This document shows, in pieces, positions 12,724 to 25,029 of a stretch of DNA of 64,000 nt. The DNA lies in contig CM041465.1 in the NCBI GenBank assembly GCA_023213395.1, positions 162,509,741-162,573,740 of the forward strand, written 5' to 3'. The notes below the pieces were generated by a model that had not been told where the DNA came from, made no database searches, and saw nothing but the letters and a program-made list of their open reading frames with translations. Position 1 is the stretch's first letter; each line of letters begins with the position of its first letter. The DNA comes from Cycas panzhihuaensis. Taxonomy: Eukaryota; Plantae; Cycadophyta. The position numbers were made by a program, and so were the translations under genes.

Positions 12724-15700
12724 GTGTCAACCAACTTCAAGCAGAATGTGAACTGTATGCTAAAGGGGAAGGAGAACTGGGATCTATGGTTCATGGGAAT
12801 TAAGAACACAACCAAGTATGAGGGACGCTGGCTGGTTCACTTGGAGTTAACCCCGATAATATTTGCTACCAACACCACACCACAAAGTGGTGGCATGCCT
12901 CCAACTCCTCCACCTAATAATTTACAATGACGACAGTGGATCATTGAAGATCAGAACATGGATCCTGCTAGTTATAGATTACTCCTTGCACAACCTGATT
13001 GATGACACGCAACACCACATTGCTTTCAAGGTCCTCAAAGTACTCAAAAGGAACTTTGATACTCGATCAGATTTGGAGTTTGTTCATATGGTATTGAAGA
13101 TGAATAAGATGCGAATGCAGGAAGGGTGAGCACATGAATCCATCAATGCTCTATGCCCCATTAAACAGGCCATTGACAGGGATTTTAAGACCCAATGCAT
13201 AACTTGGGCCTTCCTAATTCAGTTAAGTCTACACGTCCCTTATTATAAGAACCTGCTAGGAAATCTTCAGTCATCTGACACATTGAAGACCCACGACTTC
13301 GAAGCGTTAGCTGAGAAGTTTATTGAACATGACAAGACCTTCACTGCCAACTTCCCACTTTCGGATCCACCTCCTAATGCAGCCTTTGAAGCTAATATGG
13401 ACGAGGAAGTATACTACACCAAACAACAAGGTCAATCTTCATTCGGAGGAAGAAGAGGTCACAAAATAGGCAGGGGAAAGCAATAAGGACAACAACGGAG
13501 GCAACAATAAGGTCAATAAAGAAACAATAAATAAAAGATCGCCAATCGAGACACCAAACAACAAGGTTCTCCACGTGTCAAAGGTGTAATAGGAAAGAAC
13601 ACTTTGCAAAAGATTGCCGCATTGACTACAACAGATTGCTTCATCATCAATAGCAGCAGCATCAAGCCCACAATGTTGATGAGAGTCATGATGACTTATT
13701 TGCGGGAGTAAATCTCATTGAAGCACGTATTCAACAAAGTAGGGAAGCATCCACCTCATCTGCTGCTTCTAGACCTAAGAGGTACATCGAGGCACACTAT
13801 GGCACAGCCATATGTGAGCTTGATTGGCCACTACCTCAACCTCTTGGACAGGAAAATGCTGCATCAACATCATCATCAGATTGGGTTATGGACACAGGAG
13901 CTACCTAGCACATGATCTGTCACCAGAACTTCTTCTAGGATTTTGATTTAGATGTCACTGGAGTAGTACAAATGGTCGATAAGTTGATATAGCCTGTTCA
14001 AGGCATGGGCTCCATACGCCTGAAGCTCTTAGGCCTGGCTGATTTTACTTTAAAAGATGTCTTGTATATTCCCCATCTCAAACAAAACCTTTTGTCGCTA
14101 TCCACACTTGTCTCTCATGGATTCGACCTGAGTGTCACAGCTAATGATCAAGTTCTTAGTGTTATTCACCCGCCTTCATGTTCTGTGGTGATGACTAGCA
14201 CACTTGAAGGTAAGTTATTTAGACTGATTGGAACCACGTTGTCTCCTTCCGCATACCAAGTTGCTGCCCCCATTTGTGTTGAAGAAGAACTTGCATATAA
14301 TGTCACCTTGACTTATTCAAAGTTGTCCCTAGAAGTTCTTTGACATGCTCGCATGGGACACGTCAAACTTGATCAACTTAAAGAAATCTCCCATTCCACT
14401 CCAAGTCCGCCCATATTTTCCTCTAAGTCGTTCAAATGTGAAGCTTGCATTATTACCAAATCCCACCAATAACCATTTTCTCAAAGTCAATGGAAAGCCA
14501 GTTAGCCTCTTGAATTAGTACACTCAGACATATGTGGGCCTATGCCTATCCCTTCTCTCACAGGGAAGAGGTACTACATTACATTTATTGATGACTTCAC
14601 TCAAAAGGTATGGGTGACCTTTCTCAAATCAAAAGATGAAGCATTCACAGTATTCAAGGCATTCAAGACTCTCATAGAGAAGGAATCTGGATATCAGTTG
14701 AAGTGTCTCAGGACTGACAATGGTGACGAATACACTTCAAATGAATTCGAAGACTTCTTGCGTCACTAGGGGATCAAGCATCAAACAACTATTGTAGGTA
14801 CCCCTCAACAGAATGGCATTGCTAAAAGGGCTAACAGAACCATAATGAATATGCATGGGCTATGCTCGTCTTCAAGAATGTACCTACATATCTTTGGGCT
14901 GAAGCTATTTATACTGTAGTCTACTGCATGAACAACATAAGTCCATCGAAGCTCGGCCCATCTCCAAATGAATGATGGACTGGACAAACCCCCACCGTCC
15001 ATCACTTCAAAATATTCAGCTCTACTTGTTATGCTCACATTCTTTATGACCATAGAAATAAGCTCCAGTTGCGAGCTTTAAAGGGCATCTTTGTTGGGTA
15101 TCCCATGAACAAGACAGGCTACAAGGTCTTCATTCCAACATTAAAGAAGATCATTATCACTAGGGATGTGATGTTTGTGGAGATAGAGGATCAACTACAT
15201 CAGCTTGATTCTAAAGCACCATCTCATAGATACAATGATGTCCAGGAATATGATGTACAGATTCCAACATTGGGGGGGGAGACATTGAAGAAATACTCAA
15301 AATTTTGGAATCTGACAATAGAGCCCCAGAAGACACTATCCTTGACTCAAATCCTATGCCAATGTGCACCAATCCAGCACCGTCTTGGGAGAATATCCAG
15401 GAATCACCACGTCAAGCATCAAAAGGAAAAGGAGCTACAGAAGAACCACCTTCAGTTGCAGGGCCATCTTCTCTAGCAATGTCATCGACCTCTAGACCAT
15501 ACATCTTCCATGATCCTTTTCAAAATCAAAATGAAAACTAGGATGTTGTGGAAATGAGAACCTCATTCCCAACCAAAGGTTTTCAAGAAGCCTACTAATT
15601 GCACAAAGACTTGAGATCTGATGAGGTAGGCAAAACTGGCACTCAAAGTGGTGCCTACAGAGCAAGGGAACAAACATTACTTGCCACAGAGCTTGAACCA

Positions 15701-17270
15701 TTTGAATTGCACCTTGCTTCAAATGAAGAGCCTCTATCATACCAAGAACCTATGAAACACACAGTTTGGAGAAATGCCATGAATGAGGAATACCAATCCT
15801 TGATCAAGAATAGTACATGGGAGCTCATTGATCTACCTTTGGGAAGGAAGGTAGTCAAAAACAAATGGACGTTCAAAAATTAATACAAATCAGATGACAC
15901 CCTTGAAAAACACAAGGCAAGGTTGGTCGCAAAAGGATTCACTCAAAGGGAAGGCATTGACTACATAGAGGTCTTCGCACCAACTACCAAATGGCCCACA
16001 ATTAGAGCATTTGTGGCCTTGGTTGCTCAACAAGGTTGAAAAATCTACCAACTCGATGTGAAAACTGCTTTTCTCAATGGAGACTTGGAAGAAGAAATCT
16101 ACATGACACAACCTAAAGGCTTTGAGATAGCAGGATAAGAGCAAAAAGTGTGCAGACTGAAAAAGTCGCTATATGGCCTAAAACAAGCCCCTCGTGCTTG
16201 GTTCGCCAACTTGTCCAACAAAATGAGACAACTTGGTTATGGGGTATGTGACTATCAAGACATTGATGCAACTTTGTTCATCAAGAGAGAAAAAGGTAAA
16301 GTCACATATCTCCTGATCTTTGTGGACGACATGCTGATAACCAAAAACAGTGAGTAGGATATCAGCAAATTAAAGATGGGCTTGTCAAAATCCTTCAAAC
16401 TGTTTGACCTCGGACTAATGAGATATTACTTGGGAAGTGAGGTAACTCAATGCAATGGAAAAATCTTTCTATCCCAAGAAAAATATGTCAACGATCTTCT
16501 AATCAAGTTCTGATTAGAAGATGCCACAACAATGTCTACTCCAATGGGACCCAATGCCAAACTTTCCGATGAAGACACTTGAGAGGCAAATGTAACACTT
16601 TATCGGCAACTTGTAGGTAGCCTCATTTATGTTATCAACATAAGGCCGGATGTTGCCCATGCCATTGGCATTCTTGCTCATTACATGACAACTCCAAAGC
16701 AGAACCATTGGCAAATAGTAATACGAGTGTTGAAGTACCTGAAGACAACCAACAAACTTGGTTTGTTGTATAAGCATAACAATGATTTCAGACTAACATT
16801 ATACACAAACTCGGATTTTTCGGTGACAAAGATACAAGAAGATCAACGTCCTGGTACATCACATTTCTTGGAATAACTCCAATTTCATGGCAGTCAAGAC
16901 GAAAGAAATCACTGAAGATTCTACTGTTGAAGTTGAATCAATAGCTGCTTCTGAGACTAGCAAGGAGGTGATATGGCTTCGCAAATTATTACAACTTTGG
17001 ATATCACCCAAACAATTCCAACAAGCTTACATGTGGACAATCAATCAGCAATCCACATGGCCAAGAGTCCTGTTTTTCATGATCGTACAAGGCACATCAG
17101 TACGAAAGTCCACAGGATCGGGGAACTGGTCCATGACAACGCAATACAATTGAAACACTACCCGACAACAAATCAAGTGGTTGATATCTTCACCAAACCG
17201 CTGTAAAGGGTGAACTTTGAATAGTTCTGATAGCAACTCGGCCTCAGGGCCTCCATCTTTGATTGATTGA
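12724..17270 (+). pseudogene. Copia A gag-pol (gag, protease, integrase, RT, RNase H), frame-disrupted
   Basis: CQRCNRKEHFAKDC zinc knuckle, WVMDTGA protease, YYITFIDD / LRTDNG integrase, LKKSLYGLKQAPRAW and FVDDMLI RT, VDNQSAI..RTRHI RNase H, in Copia order IN-RT-RH. Confidence 0.92.
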
Positions 17271-17708
17271 AGGAGATAGCACACAGGACCAACAAACTCT
17301 ATCCCATTCATGGCGCAGAAGGACTAGAGTAAGTCTTTACTCTCTCCCATTCGTGAAAACCCCTCATCAGTGTGAAAGGAGTTGGGTTGTACTTGTTTCA
17401 AAAATTAGAACCTGTGAAAACTCGAAAGGGCATGGGGGGTGACGAAACGGTATATGGAGACTCAACAGATTAAAGTTACACAACCAACTTGTACTGCTTG
17501 GCTATTTGGTTACACTCAAAAAGCCACCTGAGCCACTTCATAGAATAGAAAGTCAAGTTCTGTGGGTTTTAATTCCCTTGAGGATTTTCCCACAAAAGTG
17601 TCTTGTAGGTTGTAGTTTTCTTTTTAACATAATGATGAGGCTCAAATGAAGACCTCATAGATTAGAATAGGATCAAGGAAAATGACCACCCTCCATTAAG
17701 GGGGGGAT

Positions 17709-18053
17709 TGTGACGATGTTAATGTCACATGGTCATTTCATAAAGTTAGAATTAGATAAAGTTACTTTTATGCTTGTAACTTTAGGATAAGGTGACTATG
17801 CTTAAGTTACTTAAGTGAAATGACAAAGTTCATTTCACTATAATTTCATTTAATCTCATTTGAATGTCATTGGGAGGAAAAACTAAAATTTCAAACCCTA
17901 ATGAGCATTCTCATTATATAAGCTGAAATTACATAGGGAGTGATTATTCTACACTTCTCCTCTTTGTGCTCAAGCGATTAGCATTTTCTCTTGTTGAGTA
18001 CATTGTGCTTGTCTCCACTAGTGTACTAGATCCCTAGATCTATTCCCTCAACA
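17709..18053 (+). repeat. Copia A 3' LTR
   Basis: Copy of the 5' LTR lacking ~20 bp near its 3' end, preceded by the PPT. Confidence 0.93.
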
Positions 18054-18191
18054 TATATATGTATGGATCTTGTATTATTTATATCATGGGTTAATTAATC
18101 AATTAGTCTTCTTTGGACACTCCTTTCAAGGCACTTTGGTGTAATCTTGGAGATTGGCTCCCTTTGATCAGCTGAGTACACTTATTTTACA

Positions 18192-19970
18192 TGGTTGAGC
18201 CGTTTAAATCACCACAAAATGGCATCCTGAACCTATTCAATAATTGTATCGATATTATCATAGATAATTCCCAAAGAAGACTTGTCCATGGTAGTTTTTC
18301 GAAACAAAGCTATTATTGGCTCCACCATATTTAGGCTGAAATTTACATCCTCCCAACAAATTTCATATAAAATTATTTGGCAGACAGTTATCATACATCA
18401 CCATTTGCGCCAATGCATTCTTTACATTAGTCACATGCTTCAACACAATCTGATGCAAGGCAAACTTGGTATCAACAACTTCATCGTCAAATATTGTTGA
18501 AATATGGACTTCAATGCATGGTGGTTGGTGAAAATTTTTTGGATTTCCTTTGCTTGCTCACAAACCACTTTGATCAATATTATATGTGAATGATCATGAT
18601 CTGTTGCTATTTCCTTCTACATCAAATTCAACCTATGGGTGATGTGAGCAATCCAGAAAACATTGTACCTTTCCCCCACCACCATGCTAGCAGCTTTGCA
18701 AATAGAAGCATTGCCAATGATGACCTGCACAACATTATGAGCACCCACAAAACAATTAAGTTCACATCCTTGGGGTCTTCTGTGCAGTTAATGGCCTTGA
18801 GAAACATGGTGCCCTTTATCACATGATGATGATGTTCATCAATGGCCTATTTGCCTAGCTGGTCCACCCATCAATTACACTAAAGACACTAGAATTTCTC
18901 CATGATGACCTAATGGGCTCCAACATGCCTTTCACTAAAACCCTCTTGTTCTAAAACAATGTGGTGAGAATCCACTCAAATTTTGGCCTCACATAGCCCT
19001 GGGATGCCGCTTTGATGGTCCACACCATATCTTACTAATATGGTGAGCGAACCACATTAAAAGGAAGGCCCCATGCATATATATATATATATATGGGCTA
19101 CTATGGTGTCCACTTCCTCTTTCTCATGCACATTCAACATCTAGGCTAATGGGCTTGTTGGAGAGCGTGGCCTCTTTGTTGTTTCCTCCACAATTTTCTC
19201 TAGTTCAACTGTAGTGATTGATGAGGACCTTGTGCTGTGATTTGCTTGTTTCATTATTGTTTTAGTTGGCAATGCTTCTTCCACCTCTTTCATGTATTTC
19301 TTTATGCGGTTGGTGTAGATTGAGCATAAGCGGTAATCCCTTTATTTGGTTCATAAAGTAAATGAGCCTTAACCATAGAATATGAACCTCACTTGCATAT
19401 GTTGCATTTCCATGCATGGGAGATGCCTCCTATGAAGGAAGAAATCATGGTGACATACTTCCAAGGAGGAGAATTGCTGACTTCAGCCTCATTGTGGCCA
19501 CCACCAACAAATGATTTTGACGCCATTTCCAAACAATTATAGGCACCTGCAAACACAATAGAAAATAAAAGGGAAAAAGACAAAAGGATGAATAATGAAT
19601 TATGAATGCATATGTTGAACCCAACATAGTTATAGGATTTTGGAGCCCATGGCTTTCCTGCTTTGCCCATTGTTTTCGTCCCATGTTTCTAGTTTTAAGT
19701 AATTAGTTATTTTTGCTGCTTTTTTTTTTTTTGTTGGGGATGGGAGGTTAGAATCTTACAAAAATCAGTAAAAAACCATGTGCAAAGTTTTCAATTGACA
19801 AAAATAAAAATAAAAATAGAAAGAGTTCAGGGTTAATTTTGGGTGGCCCACTTGCCCTGTGGGCCTCACAAACTATGGGAAACAGGCTGGAAACATATGT
19901 CCAGCTGGAAATGGCAGTGGCTAGGCTGGAAACTGCCTCAAAACATTTCTGGGGCACAGAAGTAGCCCTG
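18192..19970 (-). mobile_element. hAT DNA transposon 5' part (BED finger + DUF659-type transposase pseudogene)
   Basis: Minus-strand fragments PPWKYV...WKCNIC, PFNVVRSPY and KGTMFLKAINC. Subterminal GCTGGAAA repeats at ~19886-19935. CAGGG terminus at 19970. Confidence 0.78.
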
Positions 19971-21735
19971 GGATGATTTTGGGCCCCTTTCTTGGCTGTT
20001 TTGGTGTTTCTACATTCTAGAAATGGGAAATGGTGAGTATAAGTAGAATTTTAGGTCACTTAGTTGCAAACACAATAGTATACACATGAACATGCATTAA
20101 GAAGATATAAATCTTGTTACTTGGGAGGATATGAGAGTTTCTTACATGTCATATGAGTGAAACTACATGACCCTTGACTCCAGCAATGCATACTTCCTTT
20201 TGTGGCATTATTTCATTGTTGTCACACCCACTTGCTAGTAAACTTAAAGGCTTTGTTGCTGCCACATGCATCAGTTGAAGTAATTATTCTTCATTTACCT
20301 GCATATCCCATGAGGGAAAAAGGACTTCACATTATGTGTGATCTACTTTGCTGCTCCTCTATTGTAAGGAGAACCAAGGAAGAGTTGGCATGGCTCGTTA
20401 GCAAATAAGGTATTATACCATTTTAACGCTACCTGACCAAAGATAAGTGTAGACCCTCTTCAGCTTATACTATTGGCTTAGAAAGAAACACAACTAGAAA
20501 ACGTAGTGACATAGAAGAAAGATATCTAAAACAGTAGTCTACACAAGACAGTTAATCCACTAGAGCTAAAGCTTTTTACTGTTCTATTTGGATTTCACCT
20601 TCCTCTCTGCCATACCATTATCTAATATGCTTGGCAGAGGGTTCAATTTTCATGCCTTGGCCTGACTGCTTTTATACAGCTTAAAGACAGGAAATTTCAG
20701 AAATTTGAACATGAAACTGCAAGAATCCATAAGCAAGAAGAGAACATCCAGGCACTTCATACTGAGTGCCGTCAAAACAGAATATGAAGGAATGAATCTG
20801 TTCTTGGACAACCCATGTTCCTAGTTATACATGCTCCAACAAACTTCTCGGATAATGGTTCTTTTCATGAAAGAAGCCTATGTTTACATTGGTCTGTTTG
20901 CTTTATCAAGAAGTTAGCATCCTTTTTTATGTCGGCTTTCTTTTTCCCTGGTAGGCTGTGCATGCTTACAGGGGACATTTCCTTGCCAGAAGTCATTTTT
21001 CATATATGAAGTTGCCTATACTATTTGGGATGAAATAATTTCAATTGCCTTAAGCTTTTGCTTTCAATTTGTATCATATATAGTCCACCTGTAATAATAT
21101 CTAATGAATGGTAAATGCATCAAACTGTTGACAGTAGTTCTCAACCATATGATGTGTGCATAACATATCTGCAGCTTTTTTTAAATTGACAAAAACTGCT
21201 GTCTTGTTTAAGCACACTTTTTTCTATCAGTGCCTCAGCCTGTGGAAATTTTTGTGGTGCATTTCCCGTTCCTCTCCACCCCTCACCCCAAAAGCCTATA
21301 AATAAATAAATAAATGAAAATACACTAATATCCTGTAGGCTTAGTTTGCCGCCCACAAGATTTGAACTTGTTCCATTCTGGTGAAAACGATTAGCCTTCA
21401 CCACTTTGACTACACCTAGGGAACACTCTGAATAATTAATTCCAAATGATCAAGCAAATGTAGAGGCATTATTAATGTCTTTGAACTGGAAAATTATTGT
21501 TGCGAACATTTGTTTTGTTTTCTTTAACTACTTTGTAAGAAAAGATAGAGTAAGAGCCACATTTTAATCCTTGATATTGTTTTGAGGATCTTCAAGCCAG
21601 GCCTGGAACAACCATAATTTTCTCCCTACGTATAGATTCCTTATAGTCTTACTGTAATTCTTTCTTTTGTTTATCTTATTTTGTTTTCCTTTAGGCTAAT
21701 TCTCCTTTTTTGTTTATGAAATCATCTATATTCAG

Positions 21736-21945
21736 GAACAGATCTTCTTTCAAGAGATCTTTATCAGATGGGAACATTCTCATGCAAAACGTTGCTGCAA
21801 TATCAACAACCCCAGCTGCCAGACAGGAGCAGTTACGATTGAAGGTACCATTGACTGAAAAATCTCTAGATGAAGCAGCTAGCAGCTATGTATGTGATTC
21901 TACCACAGAAAAACTAACATGTGGCAATGGAACACGTTATTCAAG
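21736..21945 (+). CDS. SAC: Internal coding exon of a SAC/FIG4-type phosphoinositide phosphatase (SAC2-5-like), C-terminal region
   Basis: Acceptor TTCAG| and donor AAG|GTAAG. 210 nt, open, phase 2-2. Translates NRSSFKRSLSDGNILMQ...TRYS(R). KRSLSDGNIL is recalled as a plant SAC2-5 motif; the paralog is not resolvable. Confidence 0.82.
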
Positions 21946-24900
21946 GTAAGCTGCAATAAATCAATTCTATGATGCTCAGAAGAGAGAGACTCATTTTTAT
22001 AGTATGAGGTTTAAGACACTGGTTTTTATTCCTATTTTTAAGGAGAAACACAACAAAATTTGGCACTTGCTTTAAGCTTTTCATGTTGTCTTTTTTGATT
22101 TGTCATCCATTTCTCAATTCAAATGGGCTTTTTATGTATTAGCTCATAAAAAGACTCGCAAAAAGGTGGTTCGTCTGTGAAAGATCATGGTGTCAAATCA
22201 GCAAAAAGCATTTGCTAGTTGACTGTTACATTCCTTTGTTGAATCAGTGTCATATCATCATAGTCCCTTGTAACCACTGGTTATGCTACACAGGGCAATG
22301 GTCAATTTTTATGCAACAGTTCCCAATGTATAAATCTGTGAAAGGGAAGCAAGATTTATTTAAAATTAGGCAACAAAGATGTTTATGCATCTTCTGAGAT
22401 TTCTAGCATCTCTTCTGCCTTCAATTGTATTTTGACCTCCCTTGTTACATTTTGATCATACACGTGACTCTTGGCTTGCCTTTTCAAGACATGATATAAA
22501 TAAAAAGATAAATGGCTTTCGAAAGTAGGGAACTATGTTGTGTTTTGTATGCAGATACAACTAAGCATTAAGAAGCATAGGAGTAAGTTTAAGTGGAGGG
22601 ATGCGGGAGATGGGAGCATTGAATGCTTCATTTCATTATTTGAGAAAGGAAAAAAAAGAAACAGTAGTAAGACCCTTATAAATAGAAAAAATGTAATTTC
22701 AAAGACCTTGGAAACACATTGACCAAAAAAAAAAAAAAAGAGAAATTTTCATTCAGCATTCATATCTATTAAAAACATACAAAGATAGAGGTGTTTTTTC
22801 ATTAAATATACATGCTGGCATACATTATTTTAGGCCCTAGTAGTGTTTGTTAACATTTAAAACAATTTTTTTTTTGGGGTGGGTGGGTTGGGGGAAGAAT
22901 ACAACACATTTTATAAACAAGAGAGAGATGGTTTTGGATAGCAAGGCACTGTGTTATGTTTGTTGCAGATTCAATTGAATGTTGGAGGGCCTAGGAGGGA
23001 TTAAAAGTGAAACTATTATAAAACACATCCCATCACATCTCTCTTAGCTTTCCTATGTAAGCTTGTCCCCATGTGAAATGTATCACCCTAAGGCCTTGAA
23101 CAATGCCCCCTTAGGCTTTGCTTTTTCACTTCTCCAGTGCTTTCCTCTTAGGTTATGCAAGATCTTCTCAAGAATCTATCAAGACTATGCCTTCAATGTT
23201 GATTTATATACCAAATACTCCTTTATCAATCCAGTTGTTGGAATTCTCAATTGAGCATGTTAGGGGAATCTATCTTGGTATCTGTCCATTAGCCTTGCAC
23301 AATGACCACCGTATTAGAAATAATATTAATTCATTGTAACATTATCGATGACATTTTTTGGACTTGGCGTTGCATATTGCAACTCCCAAATCCATCACAA
23401 CACTCACCTTCTATTATTAGCCATTGACTTTTGCTCTCACATGTGTGAGCTTGTGTAACACCTCATGGAGTGTCCTATTTGTATTTGTTACCTCCACTAA
23501 TGCATTAGTGTAATTGATTGAGTGTGTGCTGTGAAATATTGCAAGTCTATTTTCTTGCCATTCTTTGTGCTTGTGAACTTGTATTGTTCATTTTCTACAG
23601 TCCATTTGCTCTCAATATCTCATTCTAACATGGTATTAGAGCCAAGTTTGCTTTATGTATGTGAAATGCTTCTAGATTGCTAAAAGTCTTGCTTTTCTCC
23701 TTTGCATATGTCCATTGTTGCTAACAAAGATATCGTTGCTTTTAGAGGCTGTTTTGTACCATTTTCTTCACATTAAAGTTGGGAAATTCATATTTGTTGA
23801 TGTTAAATAATATTGGGTAATGTTTTACACTATTATACAACTTTTTTTGTAGGTTTTAAGCACACTGCCATTGAGATTTCTCAATTTGAGGTGAATTTTT
23901 AAACTATTTTTTGTTTATTTGAGGGCACAAATTATCAAATTGGATGAAAAGATTGTCACCAACATGCTTAGAAGGGTTTAAAACCCCTATTTTGAGTTAT
24001 TATTTGCCCAATTTCATCAAAAATTGAGCTCAAACAAAGATTGTTCCACTCCTCTTAATGGCAAAATGTTTTTCTTGACTCTAGTAGCTTAGATATCTTC
24101 TGTTTTGCAAAGTTTTTGAAAATATCTTTTTTGGGGATCTTTATCTGCTAGTTATGCAAATGGATTCAAGTTTTAGGAGATTTGGTACTAAAATAAGCTT
24201 TCTAGAGCAAATCAAAGTCAATTTACCAAAGCACTTTGTCAAAAATATTTTTTTGACAACTTCAATTGCTCATATCTCCTTCGATTCTCATTCTTTTTCA
24301 AAAATTCTTTTTGTAGTGTCTTCATCTGCTTAAAATCTAAGTGGCTTTTTGATTTTGCAACATTTGGAATAATATTTAGTAAGAAACATCAAATTGCTTC
24401 TTAGATGGTTGGCATCATTTGAAAAAATTTGATTCTATTTTTTAAAAAAAATTCATAAATTCTTTCTAATGTTATAAAGTTGTATTAAAATTAGAATATT
24501 CCTTTTTAATGTGTTGAACTTCATAAGATGAAAACTAGTTTGTGTTTTGATCATTTTTGGGCCTTCTAAAAGTTGTTTTTCGTTAGTGCTAAAAGTTAAA
24601 CATTGTACAAGACCTTGCAACCTCTGAGTTAGCTTATAAAACTCACATTTGCGATCTTATTTCATAATTTTTTCTATTTTTTCATCTTTCTTTAAAGATG
24701 TCAAGTGTGAATATTTTAAACTATATATTACCTGATTCACACAAATTAAATGGGAAATTTTATATAATTTGGAAATGCAAGATTTTCATTATTTGGGCTT
24801 TAAAAAGATTGACAAAAATTGTTGAAGGAACTGAACCAAAACCAACTGTAACAACTAAGACATCGATCACTACTACAATGACAGATAAATATGTGCTGGA

Positions 24901-25029
24901 TTAGAAGGATCACAACTAAGAGGCTTTAGCTATCATTGGTTCATTAATGGCAAATGACCTCATCACACACTTGCAAAGAAAAAGCTTAGCATTTGAAGTA
25001 TGGTAGACTTTAAAAGACCTTTTTAAAGT

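Larger units (their letters stand above)
10311..18053 (+). mobile_element. Full-length decayed Ty1/Copia element (Copia A)
   Basis: LTRs 10311-10677 and 17709-18053 (TG...CA). Perfect TSD TATAT (10306-10310 / 18054-18058). PBS TGGTATTAGAGC at 10680-10691 and G-rich PPT before 17709. Confidence 0.95.
10205..18191 (+). repeat. Putative Gypsy-type 3' LTR interrupted by Copia A
   Basis: Purine tract GGAGAGGGAAAG precedes TG at 10205. The sequence resumes after the Copia TSD and ends TTTTACA at 18191, where hAT coding sequence begins. No second copy is present in the window. Confidence 0.45.

Noticed and set aside
20690-21010. Exon-like, slightly GC-richer stretch upstream of the SAC exon
   Set aside because: It has stops in the plausible frames, no SAC motif (e.g. 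LWELDSD) and no convincing splice-site pair.
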